In this document: positions 24,020 through 37,003 of the stretch, piece after piece
Layout of the letters: each line of letters starts with the position of its first letter
Position numbering within the stretch: position 1 is the stretch's first letter
Assembly (NCBI GenBank): GCA_964016885.1
Contig: OZ024742.1
Location: 57,350,001 to 57,414,000 of the forward strand
Reading direction: 5' to 3'
From: Eledone cirrhosa
Taxonomy: Eukaryota
Length of the DNA stretch: 64,000 bases
Notes under the pieces: generated by a model
Database searches by the model: none
Told to the model about the DNA's origin: nothing
The model's input: only the letters and a program-made list of their open reading frames with translations
Made by a program: the position numbers and the translations under genes

Positions 24020-27000
24020 TTCCTTGAATCCCAGTCATTGATGTTAGTTAACTGGAAAGTCCGTTGGAATGAATATCAAGCCACTACCTGCAGCCTCAGA
24101 TATTCAGGACGTATCGGAGGGTTCTTGCTGTTCCCGGAAAGCATGCCTTTTGAAGCGTTCCAAAAGGCGTGAAGGGGCCGATTTTCTTTAACCATCCCTG
24201 GAAACTTTTGGAGATAGTCCCCAATGCGCCTATGACAATCGGGATCACTTTGACTTCATGGCAGTTCCAAATCCTTTTTACCTCCCACTTTAAGTCCTGG
24301 TATCGGTTAATTTTCTCCCTCTCCTTCTCTTGCACTCTCGTGTCCAATGGGCAGGCCACATCCACAATCAGACACGATCTTTTTTCTTTGTCCACAACCA
24401 CCAGGTCAGGTCTATTGTGTTCCAGTTTCTTGTCCGTCTGTATCCTAAAATCCCACAGCACCTTCACCTGATCGTTCTCCATCACCGCCTCTGGCTTATG
24501 CTCATACCATTTCTCAGAATGTGGTAAATTGTTTACTCTGCACAGGTGCCAGTTGATCACCCTGCCCATCATGTCTCCAGCCCTTATAGTGGGTCTGGGC
24601 TAGGTGTTTACACTCGGATACAATGTGAGCCACAGTCTCCTCTCTCTCTCCACAGATCCTGCACAGTGGGCTAGCCTCCTCCTTGTAAATATGGTGTTTC
24701 AACCACTTCGTTTTGAGGGCCTGCTCCTGCGCAGCCATTAACATTCCTTCTGTAGCCTTTTTAAGGTCTCCTCTTCTCAACCAGTTCCATGTCTGTGGAT
24801 CTCTAAATTCAGTTTTCTCAAAGAAGATACTATGAAGGGATTTTTCCTGAAGGCTGCTCTTTCTCCTTGATGTTATTTCCTCCTTGGACATCCCCTGGCC
24901 TATTGTCCCCTCCTTCAGTACAGTTCTGAGCATTGGCTCCTTACTATCAGTCACGTATTTGTGTAGGTTGTTTTTCTCCATCTGAACACAGTCCTCTATG
25001 CTGATAAGACCTCTTCCACCCTCAGATCTCCTTAGGTAGAGTCTATCGACATCACTCCTCTTGTGGAACATGTTGTAGATAGTCAATAGCTTCCTAGTCT
25101 TCCTATCCATTTCTTTTTGTTCAGCAACATTCCATCTCAGAATTCCCGCACTGTACCTAATAATAGACACAGCTCGGGAATTTACTGCGATTATGGCATT
25201 TCTGCTGTTCAGATGTGACTTCAATACCCTCCTTACTCTCCGAATGTATTCAGTTCTTAACAATTCCTTCATTTTTTTGTTCTTTATGCCATCAGCCTCC
25301 AGAACCCCCAAATACTTGTATCCTTCCTCAGAGTCAATTTCCTTTATCATCTCACCTGTTGGTATTTGGATTCCGTTACTTCTGCTCAACCTACCCCTCC
25401 TCATCACAATGACTCCACACTTACTAATACCAAACTGCATACATATATCACTGCTGAAAATACGGACAGTGTCAACAAGCACATCCAACTCCTTCTCACT
25501 CTTCCCGAAGAGCTTAAGATCGTCCATGAAGAGGAGGTGATTGATGGTAAGCCCTCCCTTTCCCAACACGTATCATGCTCTCACTTTTCGCAGTACACTG
25601 GTCAGGGGCATCAGGGCAAGGACAAACAACAGAGGGGACAGGCTATCTCCCTAGAAGATACCTCTCATGATCTTCACGCTTGCCAAGGATTCTCCAGTTG
25701 ATGTCAACTCTGTCTCCCAGGACCCCATACTCCTGCCTAGCAGCTGTCTGATGTTATCCGCCACCCTGAAGATCTCCAGGCTTTTGGTGATCCAAGAATG
25801 GGGCACCATGTCAAATGCCTTTCTGTAGTCTATCCATCCCATGGCAAGATCAGTGTGTCTCCTCCTGCAGTTCCCCATTACCATCTTATCAATATGTAAC
25901 TGGTCCTTTGTACCACGTGACTTCTTTCGGCATCCTTTCTGTTCGTCCGGTAACAATTTGTTTGTGTGGAGGTGATGGTAGATTTCCTCAGACACAATGC
26001 TCGTCAACAGTTTCCACATTACGGACAGACATGTGATAGGTCTATAGTTGGTAACATCATTACCCTTGATTCGGTCTTTCATTATCAGAACTGTGGTACC
26101 TTTTGTCAACCACTCTGGTACCTCACCTGACATCAAGCAATCATTGAACATGGTTGTCAGTTTCGGGTGGAGGGATGTTATATTTTTAATCCAATACCCC
26201 TGCACACCATCTGGGCCTGGTGATTTCCAGTTGGTTAGTTTTTTGGCCTGCCCCTTAAGAGTTTCAACTGTGATACTCAAATCAGTTTGTTGGTGTGCCT
26301 GCTCACCGATCTCCCTCTGTACTGTCTCAATCCACCCTGCCTGGTCATTATATCTAACATCCTGCTCCCATATTCCTCTCCAGAATGTTTTAGTTTGTTC
26401 CGCCTCAGGGATCAAATCGTTGCCTCTTTCTTTCCCCTCAAGCTGTCCAAACAGCATCTTCTGGTTGTTGTCGAACATGCGGTTCTGTATATACTGACTG
26501 ACTCTGTTCTCGTATCGCCTAATTTTTGCACTCTTTGCTACAATGCGTTGCTTCAGTTCCTCTATGATAATATTTAGCTTTTTCCTCCTAGTTTTGTACT
26601 TTATTTCCAGTCTATTTTTAGTGCCTATGTTTTTTAGTGTCCCATTCAGTAGGGACTCAAGCTTTCCAATGTCATTTCTCATTTCCCTGATTTGACCACT
26701 CAGTCGTTTCTTCCACCAAGGCTCTGCTCTTTCTTGTCTGTTGTTTCCTCTCGCTTTTATACCAAGTAGTTTCATCACCGTATTTGCTGTTGCTTTGAGG
26801 ATATTGTTGCACTGGTGAAGGCTCCTCGCCTCAAGGTATGGGATGACTTTGTTTACCTTAGCTGTTGTTTCTTTTAACTTTTTCCTGTCTACAAATCTTA
26901 GGTTCATAGGTCTCCCACTATCATTGTTCAATTCATCTACCACTAAATTTAGGATGTCAACCGAATCTTGTCCTAGCCCGTCAGCATTCATCTCCTCAGT

Positions 27001-28807
27001 GGCCGTATCTCTGTTCCAGGTATTATTTATCTCAGTATTCAGATCATTGTCTGCTTCGGGTGGTTCCTCCGTTCTCTCGACCTCTTCACCATCATTTCCC
27101 ACTGGCTCGTTTGCCTGGCATACTCCACTCTCCATCTCCAAGCTAATCTCTCTGCTCAGTTCTTCCAGTTCCAGCTCGCTTATCCACCCATTAGTTCTTA
27201 TTACCCGAGCCTGCCCGGCCAATTTTTGTTCATCTAATTTAAATAGACCAATCTCGTTCCAGATGTTATGTATCCGTCTCCTATAGCCCCTCTCCTTGGG
27301 GTTACTTTTCAGGTAACATTGCATAACAGTTATATTCAATTCTTTCGTCCAGTTGGTTCTGGTCCCTTTCCTTCTTCTTCCTCCGACACCAGCAGTATTT
27401 GGTTGACAGCCAGGTTCCTGCTGCTGATCCAGGGAGCACCTGTTGGGTGAGAGTCTGTCACATGACGTTCTAGTCTCCATTTCACCGTTATTCGAACTGT
27501 TTAGGTTCGATATTTAAACACTCTTATCGAGGATTGGCGAATGTATGGTTACATAACCATCTGTGGATTCACCGTCTCCGGTGGTTGCGCCGCTCCACTT
27601 GGCTCTTGTGTGGCATTATCACCACGCTGTAGACGAACACAAATAAACAAACAAACAAACAGGCAGAAAAAACCCAAAAATGAATAAGCATAAGTTTCAT
27701 TGTAATGTAGTGTTCGAATGTCTGACTTAGCTTTTCCCTTCTCTTCTCTATCCGTCCGCTTGTTTCTCTCTTCATTCTTATTTTCTTTACGTTTTTTTTT
27801 TTTGTTTTTGTTTTTCTCTGTTTGTTTTTCTCTTTATTTTTGTTGTTGCTGTGCTGCTTTGGTTTTGATTTTTGTTTTTTCTTTTGAGTCTATCTATATA
27901 TTTTGATGCCTTCCTCTTTTTTAGTAGGAATTCTATAATGTGGTGGCAGTGCTGTGCTAGCAGCAACTAGCAGGAAGCAATGGGAGAGAATAGCGGCGGT
28001 AGCGATACTGAGACAGTGGTGGTGGTGATGTCGATACTGAGGAAGTGGTGGTGGTGATGTGGTCGTATTACTGTAGTGATGGTGTTGTAGCGGTGGTAGC
28101 AATGAAGGAGTGGTGGCGGCGGTGATGGGATAGTGGTAGTAATGATGGCAGTGGTGGTGGTGATGTGATCGTATTACTGTAGTGATGGTGTTATAGCGGT
28201 GGTAGCAATGAAGGAGTGGTGGCGGCGGTGATGGGATAGTGGTAGTAATGATGGATGGGCGGCGTTGTCGTTACTGATGTCCGTTCGGTGAATCTATGGG
28301 GTTAGTCGCGTACATGTGTTGACATAAATTCCCTTAATGTTGGAATTAAACATTTTGTTAAAACTTGGGACAATAATAATAGTATTTATTATTATCATTA
28401 TTATGTTGAGATTGGTTGTGGTGGTGGTGAAGTTGCCGTTATCTGGCTGTTGTGTTTAGTGTACACAGAGAGGTGATGGGGTAGGTGGTGTATCTAGTTT
28501 CTGGTGTTGGTGAGATTGGTGTTGTTTGGCTGTTCTATATAGTGTAGACAGAGGAGGGGGAATTCTTCTTCTTCCATTTATAGCCATTTTCTTTTTTGAA
28601 TATACAATGTACAATACAAAGTTGAATATTTGAATATTTGAGCCTTATAACAATATATTTTGGGTCCGAATTTTTTGGGGGCTCAAGCCGGATGCTTTAA
28701 GTAATATTTGTACTAAGAGTTGTTATTTCACAAATGATTTAAATATGTTAAAAATTCAAAACTTACGGGAGCGATTTCATGACCTTCTACCACCTCGTGC
28801 GTTTTCT

Positions 28808-28810
<3 letters not shown>
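24020..28810 (-). mobile_element. R4/Dong-like family A, near-intact full-length copy (~4.8 kb; single ORF 27480 to 24096 with two nonsense codons and one frameshift)
   Basis: N-terminal RTNWTKELN, RT, CCHC and PD..D..K endonuclease. Lesions: TAG at ~25651, TGA at ~25575 and a 5-nt deletion at ~24570, by comparison with 34365-36400. Confidence 0.92.
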
Positions 28811-28863
<53 letters not shown>

Positions 28864-28864
<1 letters not shown>

Positions 28865-29047
28865 GGCGGTGAATTGGCAGTATTGGTAGAGGGTCGGACA
28901 TACTTTTCAGCATAGTTACGTCCCTTTACGGTCTGAGTTCAAATCCCGCCGAGGTTAACTTTGCCTTTCATCCTTACGAGGTCGATAAATTAAAGTACCA
29001 GTAATGTACTGTGTATTTGCTGGCCTTGTGCCAAAAGTAGAAAAAAT
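28864..29047 (+). mobile_element. tRNA-derived SINE
   Basis: A/B boxes, core and (ATT)n tail. Confidence 0.9.
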
Positions 29048-29075
29048 TATTATTATTATTATTATTATTATTATT

Positions 29076-29640
29076 GTTCTTTGAGTCTCAGTCATTGATG
29101 TTAGTTAACTGGAAAGTTTGTTGAAATGAATATCAAGCCACTACATGCAGCCTCAGATATTCAGGACGTATCGGAGAGTTCTTGCTGTTCCCAGCAAGCA
29201 TGTCTTTTGAAGTATTCCAAAAAGCGGGGCGGGGCCAATTTTCTTTAACCATCCCTGGAAACTTTTTGAGATAGTACCTAGTGCGCCTATGACAATCGGG
29301 ACCACTTTGACTTCATGGCAGTTCTAAATCCTTTTTACCTCCCACTTTAAGTCCTGTTATCGGTTAATTTTCTCCCTCTCCTTCTCTTGCACTCTCGTGT
29401 CGAATGGGAAGGCCACATCCACAATCAGGCACGATCTTTTTTCCTTGTCCAAAACCACCAGGTCAGGTCTATTGTGTTCCAGTTTCTTGTCCGTCTGTAT
29501 CCTAAAATCGCACAGCACCTTCACCAGATCGTTTTCTATCACCGACTCTGGCTTATGCTCATACTACTTCTCAGAATGTGGTAAATTGTTTACTTTGCTT
29601 AGGTTCCAGTGGATCACCCTGCCCATCACATCATGTCTCT
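29076..29640 (-). mobile_element. R4/Dong-like family A, short 3' fragment
   Basis: RLE region plus 3' UTR, abutting the SINE (ATT)n tail. Confidence 0.88.
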
Positions 29641-29664
29641 TTTTTTATTATTATTATTATAGTT

Positions 29665-29848
29665 GCGGTGGATTGGCAGTATCGGTAGAGGGTCGGACGC
29701 CATGCTTTCCAGCATAGTTACGTCCCTTTACGATCTGAGTTCAAATCCCGCCGAGGTTGACTTTGCCTTTCATCCTTACGGGGTCGATAAAATAAAGTAC
29801 CAGTAATGCACTGGGTAATTGCTGGCCTTGTGCCTAAAGTAGAAACAA
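29665..29848 (+). mobile_element. tRNA-derived SINE
   Basis: Near-identical to 7123-7305. Confidence 0.9.
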
Positions 29849-29857
29849 TTATTATTA

Positions 29858-32800
29858 TAGTTGCATTTATCTTGCTTTATGTTCATACGAGTTATCACCA
29901 AGTCACAACCAGTGACCTCAAGAGACAACAAGGTCCGCCATGTTCAATAAAGAACATACATACACACACATGCATCTTTAGGTGTTTAGACTTGTGATGT
30001 ACTTATATTGACAGAATCTTCCTTAGTATATGGGCAGTTCCCATTAGTACTGTCTTTTGTATTTCTCCTATACGCGGGTTTCCTGGGATTTGCGATAAGT
30101 AATCATTAGACCCCTTAGGTATCATTCCTAGAGCGCCTACAACCACTGGAATAGTTTTAGTTCTCAATTTCCACATTTTTCCAATTTCTATCTCCAGGTC
30201 CATATACTTGCTCAATTTCTCAAATGTTTTTATAGATACATTCTTGTCTATTGGAACGGACATATCAATTAGCAGGCATACCCTCCTTTTAAAGTCCTTC
30301 AGTATTATATCAGGTCTATTTGCATCTATTTTTCGGTCTGTTTGGATGCTAAAGTTCCACAAGATTGAGATGTGATCTTTTTCAAGTATGGGAGGTGGTT
30401 GATGCTCCCACCAATTCTTTTGATGGGCAGGTCAAAATGCTTACACATTATCCAATGTATGTATTGTGCAGCTCTGTCATGCCTGTTTAGGTATTCGGTT
30501 GGAGCTATAGGACTGCACATTGAAATTATATGATCAATGGTCTCTGGTTGTTTTTTACATACACGGCATAATGGGTTGCATCCATTTTTTATTATGTTGG
30601 CTTGGTAATTTTTTATTGGCAGACACTGATCTTGTGCTGTTATAATCAGTCCTTCAGTCTCCGATTTCAGTCCAGAGGATGCCAACCACTGATTAATATT
30701 AACTTCTCCAGCTTCCAGTGATTTTGTTTCACTATTCAAAAGGAGTGTCGTTTTCCATGTCTTCATATTGAATGACAAGAACCTCCTGACTACGGGAGAT
30801 ATTTTGAAAATCTCTAAACATTTTTCAATCCAACTGTGTGGCAAACTATCGAATGCTTTTTTATAATCTATCCAAGCAATTGATAGATTTTTGTGTCTAT
30901 TATGACAATCTTCCAATATCATTTTGTTAACCAAAAGCTGATCCTTACAACCATATGAGCCTCGTTTACACCCTTTCTGCTCATTGGGAAATAGGTCATT
31001 TGTTATCAGGTGGTCATATGTATATTCAGTTAGGACTGATGTTAAAATTTTATACATTGTGGTCAAGCAAGTTATCGGTCTGTAATTTTTGGGATTGTTT
31101 GTCTCATCATTCTTCGGAAGCAGGAATGTAATGCTGTTAACTATCCATGATGGTATTTTTCTGGCTCCTTAACTTGTAACATTGTAAAGTTGGGCTAACA
31201 GCTCATGAGACTCTGTGAAGGCATTTATCCAAAAATTTGGTATTTTGTCTTTTCCTGGGGATTTCCATTTGCTGGTTTTTCTAAGAGCCTAACGCAACTG
31301 TTCAACTGTTATATTTTCCAATATTTGTTCCTCAAGGTGAGCTGTATCTTTCATTTCTCTGTCTAACCATGAGGCATGTATATTATGAACTTTTTCTTCG
31401 GCCCAGATCTTTTCTCAGAATTCTTGCACTTCCTCCTTGGGTGGTATTGATTTAGCAGTTATTGTTGACTTGCCAATTTTTCTGTAGAAGTTTCTTTGGT
31501 TGTTTTTGAACATATTATTGTCCTTATAGAATCTAGATCGTTTTTCAAAGCGCCTTATACGAGCAGCTTTGGCCGACACTTTTTGCTTGATTATTGCTAT
31601 CAGCATGTCTATGTCACTTGTTGATTTTATACTGTATTTTCTTTTCAATTTTCTAAGTTTAGTTTATTTAACATGTTCACCTACTTTGTAGTTTGTTAAA
31701 ATTTCTGTCAGATCGGAGAAGGTTTATTTGGCGATTGATGTTCTCTTGCCAAGTAGATTTCTTGTGGGAATTCCTTTGTTTTTTCATTTTCACTCCACAT
31801 AAGTGAGTGGTGACTTTAGCCGATGCATAATAGAGATGATTTAAATCAGTAATGTTTAGTTTGTTTGTGATGATAATGTTTTTGAGAATTATGTTAATCT
31901 TGTGTATTATCTTTTGGTTCTGTTTGGAGTTCTGGATCTTAGGGAGGGTGTCTCGTTCCCCCATGTCAGATTCTTTCATTTTCATCCATTCGATCATAAT
32001 TTCATCCTTCAAGTTGGCAAGTTCATTCTCATTCATTTCTTTATCATTTACGATCTTTATTATTTTCATTTGGAGTTTCATCTTGAGCATGCACTCCTTC
32101 CACTTTTTCGATCCTTTCTTTAATTTGTTCTGCTGTCAGTGATTCCCAACCCTGGGATTCGAAGTGTTACAATTTACCTCCTTTTTACTGACACATGTTT
32201 CATTTTCCCTTCGCTGACTTTGTGCTAATAGCTTGATCTGATCAATTTCTATATCAGTTAGTAACTTTTTTTAACAATATTTCTTCGTATATTGGCAATA
32301 TAGCCTCTGTTTTCGGGATGTTTCTTTTTCCAGTTTATATATGTCTGTTCTGTATTCGATATATTTGATGGGTAGTACATGGCAGTGTAGAATGCCTCAA
32401 GGACTTCTTTATTGTCTTCCCTTAACCATTTTTCTCTCTTTTTCTTTGGATTTCTTGGTGGTTAGCATGGAGGGCCAACAGTAGGAGTATTCCGGTTATG
32501 GGAGGTCTCCAACTCCGAAGTGATGGGAAGGTTTGAACCATTAGCTGATTTTTCGACCGCAGTCTGGTTCCTCTCTGAGGGACGCGGCCCTTTTTGACCC
32601 GGGTGACGGCCGATCCGGTATGAGATTTTATCATTTGACATTTACTTTATTTTGTCGCGTTTTATCCTTAACCGCCAAGGGGTAATCATTTCGTGTTACC
32701 ACTTCTAGGACAAGTGTCAACCAAGACTAGAGGGGTCGTCCTGCCCTAGAGACACGGCTATTCCCCGCCGGCCGCCATCCCAATATTTCTTGGTCACGGG
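29858..32800 (-). mobile_element. R4/Dong-like family B copy 2 (both ends present, internal deletion of the RT C-half near 30690)
   Basis: EAGEVNIN joined to QWLASSGLKSETEG; RPDII..IDMSVP; ends GTAHILRKILSI*. Confidence 0.88.
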
Positions 32801-32848
<48 letters not shown>

Positions 32849-32854
32849 GTTATT

Positions 32855-34334
32855 ACTCTTTGAGTCTCAGTCATTGATGTTAGTTAACTGGAAAGTTTGT
32901 TGAAATGAATATCAAGCCACTACCTGCAGCCTCAGATATTCGGGACGTATCGGAGGGTTCTTGCTGTGAAGGGATTTTTCCTGAATGCTGCTCTTTCTCC
33001 TTGATGTTATTTCCTCCTTGGACATCCCCTGGCCTATTGTCCCCTCCTTCAGTACAGTTCTGAGCATTGGCTCCTTACTATCAGTCACGTATTTGTGTAG
33101 GTTGTTTTTCTCCATCTGAACACAGTCCTATATGCTGATAAGACCTCTTCCACCTTCAGATCTCCTTAAGTAGAGTCTATCGACATCACTCCTCTTGTGG
33201 AACATATTGTAGATAGTCAATAGCTTCCTAGTCTTCCTATCCATTTCTTTTTGTTCAGCAACATTCCATCTCAGAATTCCCGCACTGTAACTAATAATAG
33301 ACACAGCTCGGGAATTTACTGCACTTATGGCATTCCTACTGTTCAGATGTGACTTTAATACGCTCCTTACTCTCCGAAGGTATTCAGTTCTTATCAATTC
33401 CTTCATTTTTTTGTTCTTGATGTCATCAGCCTCCAGAACCCCCAAATACTTGTATCCTTCCTCAGAGTCAATTTCCTTTATCATCTCACCTGTTGGTATC
33501 TGGATTCCGTTACTTCTGCTCAACTTATCCCTCCTCATCACAATGACTCCACACTTACTAATACCAAATTGCATACATATATCATTGCTGAAAATACGGA
33601 CAGTGTCCACAAGCACATCCAACTCCTTCTCACTCTTCCCGAAGAGCTTAAGATCGTCCATGAAGAGGAGGTGATTGATGGTAAGCCTTCCCTTTCCCAA
33701 CCTGTATCCTGCTCTCACTTTTCGCAGTACACTGGTCAGGGGCATCAGGGCAAGGACAAACAACAGAGGGGACAGACTATCTCCCTGGAAGATACCTCTC
33801 TTGATCTTCACGCTTCCCAAGGATTCTCCAGTTGATGTTAACTCTGTTTCCCAGGACTTCATACTTTTGCCCAACAACTGTCTGATGTTATCTGCCACCT
33901 TGAAGATCTCCAGGCTTTTGGTGATCCAAGAATGAGGCACCATGTCAAATGCCTTTTTGTAGTCTATCCATCCCATGGCAAGACCAGTGTGTCTCCTCTT
34001 GCAATTCCTCATTACCATCTTATCAATAAGTAACTGGTCCGTTGTACCACGTGACTTCTTTCGGCATCCTTTCTGTTCGTCCGGTAACAAGTTGTTTGTG
34101 TGGAGGTGATGGTAGATTTCCTCAGACATAATGCTTGTCAACAGTTTCCACATTACGGACAGACATGTGATAGGTCTATAGTTGGTAACATCATTACCCT
34201 TGATTCGGTCTTTGATTATCAGAACTGTGGTACCTTTTATCAACCACTCTGGTACCTCACCTGACATCAAGCAGTCATTGAACATGGTTGTCAGTTTCGG
34301 GTGGAGGGATGTTATGTTTTTAATCCAATACCCC
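32855..34334 (-). mobile_element. R4/Dong-like family A, 5'-truncated and internally deleted (RLE removed near 32965)
   Basis: RT ORF 33128..34285; the 3' UTR is joined directly after KSLHS. Confidence 0.88.
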
Positions 34335-34364
34335 TTATTATTATTATTATTATTGTTATTGTTA

Positions 34365-36400
34365 TTCCTTGAATCTCAGTCATTGATGTTGGTTAACTGG
34401 AAAGTCCGTTGGATTGAATATCAAGCCACTACCTGCAGCCTCAGATATTCAGGACGTATCGGAGGGTTCTTGCCGTTCCAAGCAAGCATGCCTTTTGAAG
34501 CGTTCCAAAAAGCGTGAAGGGGCCGATTTTCTTTAACCATCCCTGGAAACCTTTGGAGATAGTCCCCAGTGCGCCTATGACAATCGGGATCACTTTGACT
34601 TCATGGCAGTTCCAAATCCTTTTCACCTCCCACTTTAGGTCCTGGTATCGGTTAATTTTCTCCCTCTCCTTCTCTTGCACTCTCGTGTCGAACGGGCAGG
34701 CCACATCCACAATCAGGCACGATCTTTTTTCTTTGTCCACAACCACCAGGTCAGGTCTATTGTGTTCCAGTTTTTTGTCCGTCTGTATCCTAAAATCCCA
34801 CAGCACCTTCACCTGACTGTTCTCCATCACCGCCTCTGGCCTATGCTCATACCATTTCTCAGAATGTGGTAGATTGTTTACTTTGCACAGGTGCCAGTGG
34901 ATCACCCTGCCCATCACATCGTGTCTCCAGCCCTTATAGTGGGTCTGGGCTAGGTGTTTACACTCGGACACAATGTGAGCCACAGTCTCCTCTCTTTCTC
35001 CACAGATCCTGCACAGTGGGCTAGCCTCCTCCTTGTAGATATGGTGCTTCAACCACTTCGTTTTGAGGGCCTGCTCCTGCGCAGCCATTAGCATTCCTTC
35101 TGTAGCCTTTTTGAGGTCTCCTCTTCTCAACCAGTTCCATGTCTGTGGATCTCTAAATTCAGTTTTCTCAAAGAAGGTACTATGAAGGGATTTTCCCTTA
35201 AGGCTGCTCTTCCTCCTTGATGTTATTTCCTCCTTGGGTATCCCCTGGCCTACTGTCCCCTCCTTCAGTACAGCTCTGAGCATTGGCTCCTTACTATAGG
35301 TCACGTATTTGTATAGGTTGTTTTTCTCCATCTGAACACAGTCCTCTATGCTGATAAGACCTCTTCCACCCTCAGATCTCCTTAGGTAGAGTCTATCGAC
35401 ATCACTCCTCTTGTGGAACATGTTGTAGATAGTCAATAGCTTCCTAGTCTTCCTATCCATTTCTTTTTGTTCAGCAACATTCCATCTCAGAATTCCCGCA
35501 CTGTACCTAATAATGGACACAGCTCGGGAATTTACTGCTCTTATGGCATTTCTGCTGTTCAGATGTGACTTCAATACGCTCCTTACTCTCCGAATGTATT
35601 CAGTTCTTAACAATTCCTTCATTTTTTTGTTCTTTATGCCATCAGCCTCCAGAACGCCCAAATACTTGTATCCTTCCTCAGAGTCAATTTCCTTTATCAT
35701 CTCACCTGTTGGTATCTGGATCCCGTTACTTCTGCTCAACCTACCCCTCCTCATCACAATGACTCCACATTTACCAATACCAAACTGCATACATATATCA
35801 CTGCTGAAAATACGGACAGTGTCAACAAGCACATCCAACTCCTTCTCACTTTTCCCGAAGAGCTTAAGATCGTCCATGAAGAGGAGGTGATTGATGGTAA
35901 GCTCTCCCCTTCCCAACTTGTATCCTGCTCTCACTTTTCGCAGCATAATGGTCAAGGGCATCAGGGCAAGGACAAACAACAGAGGGGACAGGCTATCTCC
36001 CTGGAAGATACCTCTCTTGATCTTCACGCTTCCCAAGGATACTCCAGTTGATGTCAACTCTGTCTCCCAGGACCCCATACTCCTGCCCAGCAACTGTCTG
36101 ATGTTATCTGCCACCCTGAAGATCTCCAGGCTTTTGGTGATCCAGGAATGAGGCACCATGTCAAATGCCTTTCTGTAGTCTATCCATCCCATGGCAAGAT
36201 CAGTGTGTCTCCTCCTGCAATTCCCCATTACCATCTTATCAATAAGCAACTGGTCCTTTGTACCACGTGACTTCTTTCGGCATCCTTTCTGTTCGTCCGG
36301 CAACAAGTTGTTTGTGTGGAGGTGATGGTAGATTTCCTCAGACACAATGCTCGTCAACAGTTTCCACATTACGGGCAGACATGTGATAGGTCTATAGTTG
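34365..36400 (-). mobile_element. R4/Dong-like family A, 5'-truncated, with uninterrupted RT-CCHC-RLE ORF (34441..36369, 642 aa)
   Basis: All RT, CCHC and PD-(D/E)xK motifs are in one frame; (TAA)n on both sides. Confidence 0.93.
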
Positions 36401-36439
<39 letters not shown>

Positions 36440-36453
36440 ATTATTATTATTAT

Positions 36454-36660
36454 TGCAGTATTGGTAAGGCACCATACAACAAGATTAGCGGCGTAGAGTT
36501 ACAGCCCATTACGTTCTGATTTCAAATCCCGTCGAGGTTAGCGTTGCCTTTCATCCTTACGGGGTCGATGAAATAAAATACTAATAATGTACTGAGGCTG
36601 ATTTAATTGACTTTCCCCACTCCAAAATTGCTGACCTTGTGCATAAATCAGAAACCATTA
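36454..36660 (+). mobile_element. Older, diverged SINE relative
   Basis: ttcaaatcccg..gcctttcatccttacggggtcgat core with a longer 3' part. Confidence 0.7.
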
Positions 36661-36894
36661 TTATTATTATTGCGTGTTGTCACTGCATTACCGAGCAGAG
36701 CTATGTGGGCCTCAGGTATATGCAGTGCCTTACAGTACTATTTTCTGCATGTTGAATATGTTTGTAAGTCCTGTGGTTTTAGTTATGTATCTGCCTGTGT
36801 TTTATTATCATTCCCAGAGAATCTATTATCATAGAGATTGCTTTGGTTTTCATCATCCACATTCGGGTTAATTCTATTTCTATATTATCGTTGT

Positions 36895-36905
36895 CATTAT
36901 TATCA

Positions 36906-37003
<98 letters not shown>
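36895..37003. repeat. (ATT)n-(AGT)n microsatellite
   Basis: Read directly from the sequence. Confidence 0.95.

Noticed and set aside
25570-25655. In-frame TGA/TAG in Dong-A as selenocysteine or read-through
   Set aside because: Sister copies have GGA and CAG at these positions, so these are copy-specific nonsense mutations.
17774-36151. Recurrent plus-strand ORFs antisense to the Dong RT
   Set aside because: Shadow ORFs repeated only because the element is repeated; no independent motifs.
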